Origin: Candidatus Poribacteria bacterium
GTDB taxonomy: Bacteria; Poribacteria; WGA-4E; WGA-3G
DNA: 64,000 nucleotides
NCBI GenBank assembly: GCA_965232115.1
Contig: OZ246958.1
Coordinates: 4,806,991 to 4,870,990, forward strand
Reading direction: 5' to 3'
Shown: in pieces, positions 49,410 to 60,059 of the stretch
How positions within the stretch are numbered: position 1 is the stretch's first letter
Layout of the letters: the number at the start of each line of letters is the position of its first letter
The notes under the pieces: generated by a model
The model's input: the letters and a program-made list of their open reading frames with translations, nothing else
What the model was told of the DNA's origin: nothing
Database searches by the model: none
Made by a program: the position numbers and the translations under genes

Positions 49410-49979
49410 CTATTCAAACAGGTGTGCGACCGGGCAAGAAAATCCGGTGACAACATCTTCGCCCGTGAGTGTATTATCACGTGTAAGCGTTTCAATGTTC
49501 GTCTCAGAACGATATACCGTTACCGTTTTGGTAACAGGTTCCAGAACCCAGACGAGAGGCGTTCCTGCCTTTAAATACGCGAGTGCTTTTTCGGCAACAC
49601 GAGACTGCACATCTGAGGGCGAAACAACCTCAATCGCCAGATCGGGGGGTATGGAAAAACCTTTTGTTTTGTCCCCAGTCAACCGGTCAGTTGAAACAAA
49701 TGCGACATCCGGTTTTACTGTCCGTTCCCCAATCTGAAATGTCGTCTCTGCCGTATACAAGCGACCAAGTTTATTCTGATACACATGCGCGTCTAAGTAT
49801 CGAATAATATTGACACTAATTTCACCATGCTCTCTTGATGGCGGCACCATTGGTACTAATTCTCCGTTAACGTATTCATATCCTTCTACATCATGCTCAA
49901 GAAACTCCTCCAATGTCATCTTGATACTTTCTGGAGGACGTATCCCTTGCTCAACTTCGTGGATTTCTCGCTGCTTCAT
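49410..49979 (-). CDS. Uma2-family (DUF820) putative restriction-endonuclease-like protein
   Basis: PD-(D/E)xK-like block PDLAIEVVSPS characteristic of the Uma2 family. Confidence 0.7.
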   Translation of the reverse strand: MKQREIHEVEQGIRPPESIKMTLEEFLEHDVEGYEYVNGELVPMVPPSREHGEISVNIIRYLDAHVYQNKLGRLYTAETTFQIGERTVKPDVAFVSTDRLTGDKTKGFSIPPDLAIEVVSPSDVQSRVAEKALAYLKAGTPLVWVLEPVTKTVTVYRSETNIETLTRDNTLTGEDVVTGFSCPVAHLFE

Positions 49980-50070
49980 AGTCTTACTCCCTCCGTACAG
50001 AAGTCTCCGATGTGCTAAGACGAAGCATGTTTAGAAAGTAACGATTCAGCGTCTTTTTTACTAACCGAGC

Positions 50071-51303
50071 CTATCCAATTTCTGTCATCAATTTCCGAAA
50101 AGCGTTGAGTTGCGGGGGAATCGTATAGGGTTTCTCGGTTTTATCTTGGAGTGCCTCAATGGTTTTAAGTCCATTGCCAGTGATGGCGATAACTATGGAT
50201 TCATCCCGTCCGATGTGTCCGCTGTCTATCAATTTTTTCGTTGCGGCGAGCGTAACACCACCAGCGGTCTCAGTGAAGATACCTTCTGTGGCAGCGAGGA
50301 GTTTAATCGCCTCCACGATCTCAGCATCCGTGGCATGCTCACCTGCTCCACCGGAGTTACGGACGGTATCAACGGCATAGATACCGTCAGCAGGATTACC
50401 GATCGCGAGTGATTTAGCGATCGTATTCGGTTTTACAGGTTTTACAAAATCGCCATTTTCTTTGTATGTATTGACAATGGGACCACAGCCCTCCGCTTGG
50501 GCAACGTGGATTTTGGTGTTCGGTTTGTTTATTAATCCCAAAAGATGAAATTCTTTAATTGCTTTACCAATTTTTGTGATGAGAGAACCTCCAGCAGCAG
50601 GTGCTACAATATGTGCAGGTGCTTTCCATCCAAGTTGTTCGAGCACTTCAAAGCAGAGCGTTTTCGATCCTTCAGCGTAGAAGGGCCGGATATTGATATT
50701 GACGAATGCCCACGGATAAACGCCTCCAATTTCACTGCAGAGCCGGTTGACATCGTCGTAAGTTCCAGTGATACCCACAACGGTGGGGGCATAAACGAGG
50801 GACGCAACGACTTTGCCGACCTCAAGGTCTGCCGGAATAAAGAGGAAACAATTCAGTTTTGCGATAGCGGCGTGTGCAGCAACAGCATTTGCGAGATTTC
50901 CGGTAGAGGCACAGGAAACAGTGTCAAAATCGAATTCCTTCGCCTTACTCAAAGCAATCGCTACAACGCGGTCTTTGAAGGAGAGTGTCGGGTGGCAGAC
51001 GGAATCGTCTTTGATATACAGTTCTTTGACCCCGAGTGCGTCTGCAAGATTTGTAGCTCGAATGAGCGGTGTAAATCCTGTGTTGTCGCCATCAGTTGGT
51101 TCCCCATCTATCGGCAGGAGGTCGGCATAACGCCACAAGTTTTCTGGTCCATTTTCTATTGAACGCCTTGAGACAGATTTCTGTATCTCTTCATAGTTAT
51201 AGTCTACTTCCAGTGGCCCAAAACAGAATTCGCAAACGTGAAGCGGTTCTTTCGGATACGTGTTATCACATTCGCGGCATCTGAGGCCCAATACTTTTTC
51301 CAT
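50071..51303 (-). CDS. thrC: Threonine synthase
   Basis: N-terminal Cys4 zinc ribbon (CRECDNTY...CEFCFGP). PLP-lysine motif SFKDR. Length is typical of ThrC. Confidence 0.85.
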   Translation of the reverse strand: MEKVLGLRCRECDNTYPKEPLHVCEFCFGPLEVDYNYEEIQKSVSRRSIENGPENLWRYADLLPIDGEPTDGDNTGFTPLIRATNLADALGVKELYIKDDSVCHPTLSFKDRVVAIALSKAKEFDFDTVSCASTGNLANAVAAHAAIAKLNCFLFIPADLEVGKVVASLVYAPTVVGITGTYDDVNRLCSEIGGVYPWAFVNINIRPFYAEGSKTLCFEVLEQLGWKAPAHIVAPAAGGSLITKIGKAIKEFHLLGLINKPNTKIHVAQAEGCGPIVNTYKENGDFVKPVKPNTIAKSLAIGNPADGIYAVDTVRNSGGAGEHATDAEIVEAIKLLAATEGIFTETAGGVTLAATKKLIDSGHIGRDESIVIAITGNGLKTIEALQDKTEKPYTIPPQLNAFRKLMTEIG

Positions 51304-51339
51304 TATTTTCTTCCTTTTGAATAGTTATCAGGGTTTTAG

Positions 51340-51408
51340 CGGACCGCGTATCGCGAACCGCGGACCGCGTATCGCGAAGAGCGGTTCGCGGTCCGCGGTT
51401 CGCTATAA
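51340..51408. repeat. GC-rich nested palindromes (GCGGACCGCGTATCGCGAACCGC x2 plus the inverse arm)
   Basis: gcggaccgcgtatcgcgaaccgc is repeated directly. gcgaagagcggttcgcggtccgcggttcgc is its reverse complement. Lies between two co-directional genes. Confidence 0.5.
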
Positions 51409-51412
51409 AAAA

Positions 51413-52741
51413 TCAAATTGACAATTGAATGTTAAATTCGTTTTTCCCCGGTTGCAATGTGAGGCGGACAAAAAGTAGATGTTCACCGATCCATCTGACA
51501 TCATCGGCATTAGACTCAGTTAATTGTAATCCATCGTGGTCGCCCCAAACAGTTATCCCGTAAGGCATCGCCCTTGTTGATTCTACTGTGATAGCGATAT
51601 GTAATTTTGTCCGGTGCCGCGTCGGCGAAAAGCCCGTGAGGGTAGGTTTTTGTGTGACGGACCGCGCCCCGCGTTCGCCAGTATAATTTTTGATTTCAAT
51701 GGGCTCCATATTCCCTTCAGCGAAGGTCAATTCGCATGCGGCATCGTAATAGAACATTCTTAACACCGACTTTGGCGCATCAGTTTCGTTCTGTGTTGTC
51801 GGAACCGTTTCTATAATAGCGGTCGGTTCAGTACGCTTGCAACGGTTTACATAATCGTCAACGATTTCAGAAAGCAATACCGGCTTTGTGTTCTTATCGG
51901 AAACGACGTACGCGAAATAGGCATCCAACCGTCCGAGTCCGTCTTGTCCGAGTTGTGCGACGGTAAAAGGGTCAATGTGCTCAACATAACCGAGCCATTG
52001 ATTCCACGCAGTGCTTTTTACATAAATATCGTAATGCTTCTTCACCGTCTCTGTTAAGAGCGCGGCCCGAAGATTATGAATATCTTCTGCGAGATGTGCA
52101 GCAGTATAATATGGGATGCCAACAATTTTCTTAAATGGCTTAGCATCGTTTTCAGTAGCGTCATCTCGCGCCACAATAGTATCAATGGATGTTGAAACCT
52201 CAAACGGATAAAAGCACCCAAAGCCACCACGGTCAAGTTCCGCTCTGGATGCCCGTGTATCTGTAGCATCAACACCTACTTGGTTCCAGTGATACCCCCA
52301 CAGTCCTCGAAACCCAGTCTGCTCAAGCGCATGGAGGAAAACATCATTTTTGAAGGCTGCTCCAGCGACACTCGGTTCTGCCCAAGGTATCGCCCGCTTG
52401 AACCGCTCCCATTCTCTGGCGATATATTCTGGTAGTTTTTCCCGCATCGTAACGAGATGCGATGCCATAGCTTCCGTACTATTACCTGGGTTTGCTGTCT
52501 GTTCTGCCTGCCAACCCGCATCCCAGATTGGTTTGGTATCAAGTACCAGCAAAGGTGCGTCACCATTCTCCGTGTGCCATGTCGTGAGCAACTTAGCAAT
52601 GAATTGGACGGACTTGGTGTTTGTTGCCCATGTGACCGGAACACGATGCTTATGTGCGATTTCCGCAAGGAGCTGTACGCCTACAGTCAGTTGCTCCCGA
52701 TCTTCGCCTATTGCTGTGCTGACCAATCCGTAATTTAACAT
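51413..52741 (-). CDS. Hypothetical protein
   Basis: Intact 442-aa ORF with good codon periodicity. No family recognised. Confidence 0.4.
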   Translation of the reverse strand: MLNYGLVSTAIGEDREQLTVGVQLLAEIAHKHRVPVTWATNTKSVQFIAKLLTTWHTENGDAPLLVLDTKPIWDAGWQAEQTANPGNSTEAMASHLVTMREKLPEYIAREWERFKRAIPWAEPSVAGAAFKNDVFLHALEQTGFRGLWGYHWNQVGVDATDTRASRAELDRGGFGCFYPFEVSTSIDTIVARDDATENDAKPFKKIVGIPYYTAAHLAEDIHNLRAALLTETVKKHYDIYVKSTAWNQWLGYVEHIDPFTVAQLGQDGLGRLDAYFAYVVSDKNTKPVLLSEIVDDYVNRCKRTEPTAIIETVPTTQNETDAPKSVLRMFYYDAACELTFAEGNMEPIEIKNYTGERGARSVTQKPTLTGFSPTRHRTKLHIAITVESTRAMPYGITVWGDHDGLQLTESNADDVRWIGEHLLFVRLTLQPGKNEFNIQLSI

Positions 52742-52857
52742 CTGTTTATAGTTGTCAGTTATAAGTTATAAGTTATAAGTTAAGAAGTATCTGGAAACCA
52801 AAAGACTCTTAGCGAATAACTAACAACTAAAGCGAAGCGTTCCTAAAAACGACTCTA

Positions 52858-53571
52858 CTATTCCAAAAAGACAGTAACCCCCATATCAGCGTATTTTTGA
52901 CGGGTGCTGGGATTGCCGTTTCTAAAGCAGACAGCCGTCGTCGTTCCCTCCAAGGCTTTTGCGACATATTCAACACAAGCGTCCACGGTTTGGAGCGCAT
53001 GATTCGGGTGGCTTTCGATGCTGAAAGTCAGATCCGCGGGACCGAAAGAGAGGCAATCAACTCCCGGCTTCGCGAGTTGCCGAGCATGTGTGACAGCTTC
53101 TATGGATTCGATTTGCATCCAGAGGATGCCGTAGGAGTTCCACCAGTCGGCGTACGCAAGTCGTTCTTTGCCTGCGGAATTCACGCGGGGTGCACCGCCC
53201 CAACTCCGGATACCCTGTTGGGGGTAGTAGAAAGCAGCAACCGCCTCGTTTACCGTTTCATCTAATTCAGTTTGCGGCACCTCGATGCCCGAAGGACCTA
53301 AATCAAGGTAGTTGCCGATAAGATATGTGTTTCGGGTATGCTTAATCCGGAAGTTGACGAAAATACCCAGCTCATTCGCCATATTACAGAAGGCGACGAG
53401 CCGATCCTCATTGTATGCGGAGTGCTGGCTATCGACGGCGACAAAATCATAACCGCCTTCCTCGACTTTCGCGACGAGCGCGTCGGCAGATATTGCCATA
53501 GAGACGTTAGCACCGTAAACATGTTCTCCGTTATGAATACGCTGTTTCAAATTTGCTGCTGACATAGTCAT
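52858..53571 (-). CDS. HpcH/HpaI-family 2-keto-3-deoxy-acid aldolase
   Basis: TIM-barrel aldolase pattern of the HpcH/HpaI family. RBS agcgaggg lies before the ATG at 53571. Confidence 0.7.
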   Translation of the reverse strand: MTMSAANLKQRIHNGEHVYGANVSMAISADALVAKVEEGGYDFVAVDSQHSAYNEDRLVAFCNMANELGIFVNFRIKHTRNTYLIGNYLDLGPSGIEVPQTELDETVNEAVAAFYYPQQGIRSWGGAPRVNSAGKERLAYADWWNSYGILWMQIESIEAVTHARQLAKPGVDCLSFGPADLTFSIESHPNHALQTVDACVEYVAKALEGTTTAVCFRNGNPSTRQKYADMGVTVFLE

Positions 53572-54224
53572 CCCTCGCTTTTTCGGTAGAGTTTGCAAGC
53601 CAAAATTTACTATGAAATATTGCCTGCGATGCCTTTCTATAATTTCACTCTTCTATAACCGAAATAACATAGCGAGACGCTATCCCTGAATCAAGTCAGA
53701 CATTACACGTCACGCTTGAATTCGTATTATAATTATACTCTAAAAATCCCTTTCTGTCAACGGATTTGTGTTTTGGACAGCGGGGTTCAATTTGTTAGTT
53801 TAGTAGTTATCAGTGGAAAAGGTTTAGGTATCTGCGATTCAATTGTAAGCTCAAAGGCGAGAGATTTTGTGAGGGACCTACATATTCTCAGATTTTACTA
53901 ATATTTTCAGAGTATTCAGAGTAAAACCCGAAAAGTGATAGATTGTTAAAAGGGTTGTAAACCTTGACTATAACTGGGTTCTGAGTGGTCTTAGCAGAAG
54001 GCGTTTTGCAGACTTACTCTGAAAATCTACAAATGGGAAGTTAGCAGTGGGAGGCGGAGTTCTCTCCTACAAGAATTCGGTTGTCTATTATCCTCGTAGA
54101 AATTACATTTGTTGGTTGTCGAAACGTAGTTGTTCATTATTTTAGGGACCAGTGGGGATGAGGTAGACAGATTCATCGCCCATTTCGCGGAGAATTTTGA
54201 GATTATCACCGAAGTGGAGTTTGT

Positions 54225-54731
54225 TTATTGTGGATCCCCTTGAGTAGGTAGTAAATCTGGCTCGGTAAAATCAAGAGGAAAAGTATCAGAATATTTTGTT
54301 CCTCGAGAATCTTCATAATTAACCGGAATCTTAACTCGCAATTGACTTAAATCACCAAGTGGATTTGCAACACTGGGTTGATTCTGTCTTCTTTCCTGCC
54401 CTGGTGCAAGGACATCAATTCCATTCTTGAGGAAGCCAATGCTTTCAAGCGGTTCACCACCATAAGGCGCAAAAGAAAGATTATCTCCAAATTCAATTTT
54501 ACGGGCAACCCCCGGTCCTACATTTTTTACACAAAGCGTTATTTCATTAACTTGTAAACTATCATCCCGGATGAACGTTGGGGAGGCACGTAGGTAGACT
54601 ATAATTTCTGGTTTGTAAGAGGCTTCTACGAGCTCCTTTGTCAGACGAACATACCGCCACGTGATAAACGCGAGCGCAGCAGTGCCAATTGCTACAACTG
54701 TCCCCATAATTACTGTTAACCATTCTATCAT
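54225..54731 (-). CDS. Hypothetical membrane-anchored protein
   Basis: Single N-terminal TM (LTVIMGTVVAIGTAALAFITW). Sits 11 bp downstream of the 54743 gene. AT-rich context. Confidence 0.4.
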   Translation of the reverse strand: MIEWLTVIMGTVVAIGTAALAFITWRYVRLTKELVEASYKPEIIVYLRASPTFIRDDSLQVNEITLCVKNVGPGVARKIEFGDNLSFAPYGGEPLESIGFLKNGIDVLAPGQERRQNQPSVANPLGDLSQLRVKIPVNYEDSRGTKYSDTFPLDFTEPDLLPTQGDPQ

Positions 54732-54742
54732 GAACTATACCT

Positions 54743-55288
54743 CTATCGGGCGGACTCAGCTATAACTTCAGCTGCTGTCTTCGCTAACAAGTCCAGTGCT
54801 ACATTCGTTGTTTTGCTCCACCTTGTATCTCCAGTCTTTCGATCAACAACGCGAAATTCAACTTTTATTTCTCCGTTTGTGTCGGCGTACTGCGTGATTT
54901 GTGGATCCCCTACAAAAAGATTCATATACTCGCCGACATAGCACTCCACTATGAGAGGGTCAGTCTTATCGCTTGGATAGGTTATCTTTACATTTTTATG
55001 AAGTTGTTGTTCGCGTACGTTGAACCAAGTCCACTCTGTGGCCCAATTTTGGGAGCCATGAGTGACAACACCGGGGACAAAAAAACGCCTTCCTGTTTCT
55101 TTTTCTAAAATTTTACAGATATTTCCAGCGACCGAAAAATCGCGTTTAGCGTTTAAATGATCCGCTTTAACTTTTACCTTTAGAGCGTTGATGTGTTTAG
55201 AAGCTGCTTCGTCATATTCTAAGTAGTCGTAGTTTTGCAAGGCATGCTTAAGCGCATGCACAATTGCTTGATCTTCCCATAGTTGCAT
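54743..55288 (-). CDS. Hypothetical protein
   Basis: 181-aa ORF with no recognised motif. Lies downstream on the minus strand of the copy-B promoter/RNA cassette. Confidence 0.4.
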   Translation of the reverse strand: MQLWEDQAIVHALKHALQNYDYLEYDEAASKHINALKVKVKADHLNAKRDFSVAGNICKILEKETGRRFFVPGVVTHGSQNWATEWTWFNVREQQLHKNVKITYPSDKTDPLIVECYVGEYMNLFVGDPQITQYADTNGEIKVEFRVVDRKTGDTRWSKTTNVALDLLAKTAAEVIAESAR

Positions 55289-55699
55289 TGTATTCTTCTC
55301 CTTGGTTTATGCCACTCATGTCAAAGGCAGTTAGCGTGACAACCTTCTTGTACGCCCAATCTTTATCAACCCCGGCATGTCTTTATTCACCAAGATGTAG
55401 ACGGAAGCCATCATTTTACCTTCTTTTTACCACTATCACAGCGTATCTCATAAATATCTTGTAGGGCTGGGATATGAAAACCATTACATTTATAGTAAAG
55501 TTTAGAATTAAAGAAACATTTCAGGACTCCAAAACATACTGCAGGAGGGGTTTGTAACCCCGACAGAGTGTCTCATTAATTATCGGACCCAGTGTAATAG
55601 AATAAGATAGCACAGAAGAAAAAGAACGTCAAGTGGAAACCGCTCCTACCAATTTCAGGATGTGTAAATATTTTGGCAGCGGATTATCAGAATCAGGAT

Positions 55700-56018
55700 T
55701 TATAGAATTATACGAACATGAATATGTATTTAACTTAACGGTATATTTTTCAGGCGATCTGGCTTAAAAATGTTACACTCGTGTAACATTTTGTGTGTGG
55801 CGTGTAACGTTAGAGAATCCAGTCACAGTAAGGGTTTATTGACGTTTAATTTTTCTTTTAAAAAAAAATAATTTGGCGAAAAGTGTAACATTTTTTTGTG
55901 GCTGTTGGCTATCGGCTATTGGCAGTCAGTCGTTAGTATTTTGTAGATTGATACAATATTCATCTCTTTGGAAAGTCTTATGATATATTATACTCTATTT
56001 GCTAAATTTTGTCAAGTT
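55700..56018 (-). repeat. Copy B of the inverted duplicated cassette
   Basis: Reverse complement aligns to 403-765 with the same promoter, GTTACAC half-sites and palindrome (55767-55792). It lacks the A-specific 100-bp block. Confidence 0.6.
55987..56015 (-). promoter_or_regulatory. Consensus sigma70 promoter on the minus strand (TTGACA-17-TATAAT)
   Basis: tgtcaa at 56010-56015 and attata at 55987-55992 on the plus strand. The spacer is identical to the copy-A promoter. Confidence 0.5.
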
Positions 56019-56229
56019 AAAATGTGTTGGCAGTTTATATCCTTGAGGATTTAGGGTCAAAAACTTTACATATCGCCAATTTCAAGGTTACGGCACACGG
56101 CGCGTGTCTACTACTTTGAACTACCTTCGACGGAGGACAGCTATATGCAGCTTTGAGAATTGACAAGACTGAATTCTCAGGGTATGATATTGTGGTATCA
56201 AAGTAAAATCGTGATGATGGAAAACAACA

Positions 56230-56648
56230 TGAAACCTTATGAATACCTCGAACACACGGCTGATATGGGGCTATTGGTTAGAGGCAAGAATTTATCCGAA
56301 CTTTTGCAAAACGCAGCACGAGGACTCTTTGAAACAATGGCGGTCGTCGATACGATTGATGAAACGGAATCAATCGAGATTCAACTCACCGCCGAATCCG
56401 TGGAAGAATTGTTTGTGGCGTGGCTCGATGAGTTAATTTTTCGACATGAGACAGCGGAGATATTCTTCAAGCAAGCGAATATTCACCGGTGCAGCGAAAC
56501 GGAGATGTCTGCAACGGTTTACGGTGAACCCGTAAATTTCGATAAACACGAAGTTTACACCGAAATCAAAAGCGTTACATATCATCAATTGGAAGTGCTA
56601 CAAAAACCCGATGGGAGCTGGCGCGCCCAAGTGATTTTTGACCTCTGA
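56230..56648 (+). CDS. Archease
   Basis: YEYLEHTADMGLLVRG N-terminal signature of archease. The start at 56230 is preferred over the ORF start at 56160. Confidence 0.75.
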
Positions 56649-56658
56649 TACGCCGCCA

Positions 56659-58578
56659 CTACGGATAGAACTGATACATCGTCGTATTTAAAAGGATATT
56701 TAGAAGACTCCACGTACTCCCCATCAGGTAATCACCGAGGACCAACCCCAAAAAGAACGGAATCACACGCCGATAACTTTGGATACCGCCGTGTCGCAGG
56801 ATGAGCCATTTTAACGTCAAGGCAATCAATAAGGGTATCCAGAGGTCGGACATCTCTTGGTTGCCCGCCATGACATAACCCAATGGATGCAGGGGCAGCC
56901 AGAAGAATTTTATCCGTAGATAGGTAAGGAGCATCATCACAGAAAAGCCGATGCCGATGAATAGAACACCAAGCCAATCTGTGCCAAGCGGATACGTAAT
57001 CCAATTCGTCAAGCGTGTGAAGTATTGCCGACCATAGCCAAGTGCCCACGGTCCAAAGTAGCCGGAATCCGCACCGAATTGATAATAGAGATGCAGCTGC
57101 ACCCAGAAAGCGACAAGCACACCGAAGATAGTAGCGATTAGGATTGTCAAGAGCATCCGACGTTGGTTAATATTCGCGAGTTCGGCGATTTTAAACGCCT
57201 CCAGTTGATGCGGCATTTGTTGTGGACGGTAATCTCGATTGAAAAAGCAGACGGAGAGAGCCGTTAAGTTCTGGGCACCGAGACGGTGTGTTCCGAGAAT
57301 CGTGGTTAAAATGTACCGAGGGGCTTGCCAATGATAGGCGTGGACAAAGATCCCCGATTCTGCCCGGATGCGTGTCGTCACCAACGGCGTTATAAGAAAT
57401 AGAATCGCGAAAGTAAACGCAAGCCACGGTGCCATACCTGCCTTGTAGAGCAAAAACGCAAACAACAAGATACCAAAAACAAACCCCCATACTGCCACCC
57501 GATACGGCATCGGTTCATCGCGCTGTTCCACCGGCGGCTCACGGCCACGGGACAGCAGGGCACTTCTCAAAACCGCTCCGAAATGCCGTTTGCCCGTCCA
57601 ACCAAAGAAAAAACAGAGTCCTACAAAAGCACCGATGGTCTGCTCATTCAAATAGGGGAAGCGCGGGATATTCCAGCCAACCGCTTGTGCTAAAGCGACT
57701 TCGTTCCGATAGAGAAAATAGAAAAGTGTCGTCGAAAAGAGGATATCCAACGGCATCAGGAACATAAGTCCAATGGCAAATGGGTAGAAGGCGGTGATGA
57801 TGGTGCCGTAGAAACTGAACGGCGGCTCGTGGAACCTGAAAAAACGGCGCGTCACTGGGATGTGTGGGATTACGGGATAGAGATGGCTCAACCCGTTGAA
57901 CAGACTGATACCCGCAGCGATTGCGAAACCGATCCACATCCGCTTATTTCGGAAGAAACCTGACATGGGATTCGTCATCGCAAGCGGAAGTTGGATAATC
58001 GGGAAGGTGAGGCGTTCACGCTGTGCCCACTGCCGACGAAGAATCGTATTGAGGCAGAGGAAGATGAACGCTATTACTATAAACAGCAACAACCATGCCC
58101 CCACCACCGGTGCCCAAACTCGTAAGTGATGTGGACGATACAGACTCGATTCGCCAAGGTAGTAACCCCGGAGTGCGTCTCTATCTGAAACGGTGAGCCA
58201 TTGTGGTAAATGATGCCAGAAGAGCGTTCGCCATTCGTTCTCTTCTGTCGCAAACCAGAAACTGTGTCCGAGGACAGACAAGATCGCTTGTAAGACATCA
58301 CATCCAGCGACGGTGGTAGCGAAACTGAGGGTCACATAGATCAGTAAGAGTTCGCCCTGTCCGAGGGCAAAATCACTGCTGAGGAGACGGATGACCCCGT
58401 TAATCAGCATCACCGCCGTGAGGATGAAGATAACATTGGAGAACGGGACTACCCACGTTGGAAAGGTATAACGCACTATTTCCATCTGGACGAGGAAATA
58501 GCAGTTGATGGGTGCGCTAATGGCAAAAATGCTTATGACGCGCCAAGTCAAGGCACGCTGTTGCGGGGGAGAAGTCAA
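56659..58578 (-). CDS. Large polytopic integral membrane protein, function unknown
   Basis: About 14 predicted TM helices across 639 aa. No transporter signature recognised. Confidence 0.5.
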   Translation of the reverse strand: MTSPPQQRALTWRVISIFAISAPINCYFLVQMEIVRYTFPTWVVPFSNVIFILTAVMLINGVIRLLSSDFALGQGELLLIYVTLSFATTVAGCDVLQAILSVLGHSFWFATEENEWRTLFWHHLPQWLTVSDRDALRGYYLGESSLYRPHHLRVWAPVVGAWLLLFIVIAFIFLCLNTILRRQWAQRERLTFPIIQLPLAMTNPMSGFFRNKRMWIGFAIAAGISLFNGLSHLYPVIPHIPVTRRFFRFHEPPFSFYGTIITAFYPFAIGLMFLMPLDILFSTTLFYFLYRNEVALAQAVGWNIPRFPYLNEQTIGAFVGLCFFFGWTGKRHFGAVLRSALLSRGREPPVEQRDEPMPYRVAVWGFVFGILLFAFLLYKAGMAPWLAFTFAILFLITPLVTTRIRAESGIFVHAYHWQAPRYILTTILGTHRLGAQNLTALSVCFFNRDYRPQQMPHQLEAFKIAELANINQRRMLLTILIATIFGVLVAFWVQLHLYYQFGADSGYFGPWALGYGRQYFTRLTNWITYPLGTDWLGVLFIGIGFSVMMLLTYLRIKFFWLPLHPLGYVMAGNQEMSDLWIPLLIALTLKWLILRHGGIQSYRRVIPFFLGLVLGDYLMGSTWSLLNILLNTTMYQFYP

Positions 58579-58668
58579 GTCGATGTGCCTCTGTTAATCT
58601 ATAGGATGTCTCCTTGATTGTAGCAGATGGGAAATAGAAATACAAGCGAATTGTGGCGTGGTAAAATT

Positions 58669-59940
58669 TTACCACCGCCCATGCACAGGTGTCTCTCGTG
58701 CTTTCTCGAAGAGATCCGTCCACTCCTCACTACCATCGTCGAAGGTTAACTCCAGACGCGCGCCTTCTACTTGTGCCTCGCCGTTACCCGCATTGAAATA
58801 ACTGAGACCATCCCCAACTATATGGATGCAGCTGCCATCGGGATAGACAGCGGTTTTGATGATACGCGGCACTGGGTGAATCGTATAGCCATCAGCATCT
58901 AATTCTTCGGCAGGCACCCGGAAACGTTCAATTGCATCCTCGTCAACTTCAACACCCAATCCAGGAGCATCAGGAATCTTGTGGCAACCCTCGGAGACCT
59001 GTATCGGTTTCGTGAGCAGATGGTCGCTGTAGAGATTAATACAAGTAATTGCGGGCCATGTTGCATGTGTTAGGACACTGCCGAGGTGTCCCGCCCAAGT
59101 TGTTGTCAAACCATTACCGACGATTTGGAGCCAAAACGGCATATCTGCAGCCGCGCTGAGTTGCCCCTCACGCATCACCTGTGACTTGCCACCACCAATG
59201 ACAAACCCACTGCACACATCTTCACGAATACAGGTGGTATAGGGAGGCGAACCGAAGTGCATCGCAATTTGACAACCGACGGTTTGACGAATCTGCTTGT
59301 TTCCTTCAACATCACTCTGAGGTATAGGTGTCTCAAACATAGCCACATTTGGATGCCCAGCGAGTTTTTGTAAGATCGGAATAGCCGTATCAGCGTCCCG
59401 AAGGGAACTGTTTGGATCGAGGTCGAGTTTGAAATCTGTTGGGACGACTTCGGCGACCGCCTCTACCTGTGCGGCGATATCCCACCATGGACGGGGTTTG
59501 TTTTTGAAACTGGTATAACCGTTTCCCACGGCATCCGCGGCTTCTGCTGACCAGTTTTCAGGGGAAGAATCGATACACCACCATGAAATTGGAACAGACT
59601 CACGACACTGGTTGCCAAGGAGTTGATAAACAGGGACTTCCAAAATTTTACCGACGACATCAAAGAGTGCCATTTGCAAACCGGCACCGAGTGAATCGTC
59701 ATTCATGAGTGTGGCGGGACTTTGTCCAAGCACACGTTCGACGCTCGCATCGCTGATACGAGAATAGGTATAGTGAACCACGGTCTCACCCCAACCGACA
59801 TGCCCTGTGTCGGTGGTAACCTTGCACAACTCAAGAATCGACCAGTTGTAAACGGTTGACACGCTTTGGGTGGTAATCTGTTGTTGGCGCGGGGTAAAGG
59901 GAACATCTACAAGCACACGTTCAACATTCGTGACTTTCAT
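58669..59940 (-). CDS. Enolase-superfamily (mandelate racemase/MLE) protein with C-terminal extension
   Basis: TDTGHVGWGET capping motif, barrel region, and an extra C-terminal domain of about 60 aa. Confidence 0.7.
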   Translation of the reverse strand: MKVTNVERVLVDVPFTPRQQQITTQSVSTVYNWSILELCKVTTDTGHVGWGETVVHYTYSRISDASVERVLGQSPATLMNDDSLGAGLQMALFDVVGKILEVPVYQLLGNQCRESVPISWWCIDSSPENWSAEAADAVGNGYTSFKNKPRPWWDIAAQVEAVAEVVPTDFKLDLDPNSSLRDADTAIPILQKLAGHPNVAMFETPIPQSDVEGNKQIRQTVGCQIAMHFGSPPYTTCIREDVCSGFVIGGGKSQVMREGQLSAAADMPFWLQIVGNGLTTTWAGHLGSVLTHATWPAITCINLYSDHLLTKPIQVSEGCHKIPDAPGLGVEVDEDAIERFRVPAEELDADGYTIHPVPRIIKTAVYPDGSCIHIVGDGLSYFNAGNGEAQVEGARLELTFDDGSEEWTDLFEKARETPVHGRW

Positions 59941-60059
59941 GGCAGGACTCCTTAGGTATCAACAAAAGGGAGCAGAAAATACGGATTTGGAAAATCGCTA
60001 AAAAAAAGAAAAAGGACGAGGGGATGTGATTGAAATCATCCGCCTCGTCCTATAAACGA

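Noticed and set aside
54027-54209. 60-aa ORF in the AT-rich non-coding stretch
   Set aside because: No RBS and a low-complexity translation. Possibly a decayed gene fragment. Not called.
403-56018. The inverted repeats as ends of a composite transposon or IS element
   Set aside because: No transposase or integrase ORF lies between or beside them. The copies are only about 85-90% identical, and the intervening 55 kb includes housekeeping genes (glyQS, thrC). A regulatory or sRNA duplication is more plausible, although inversion between the copies remains possible.
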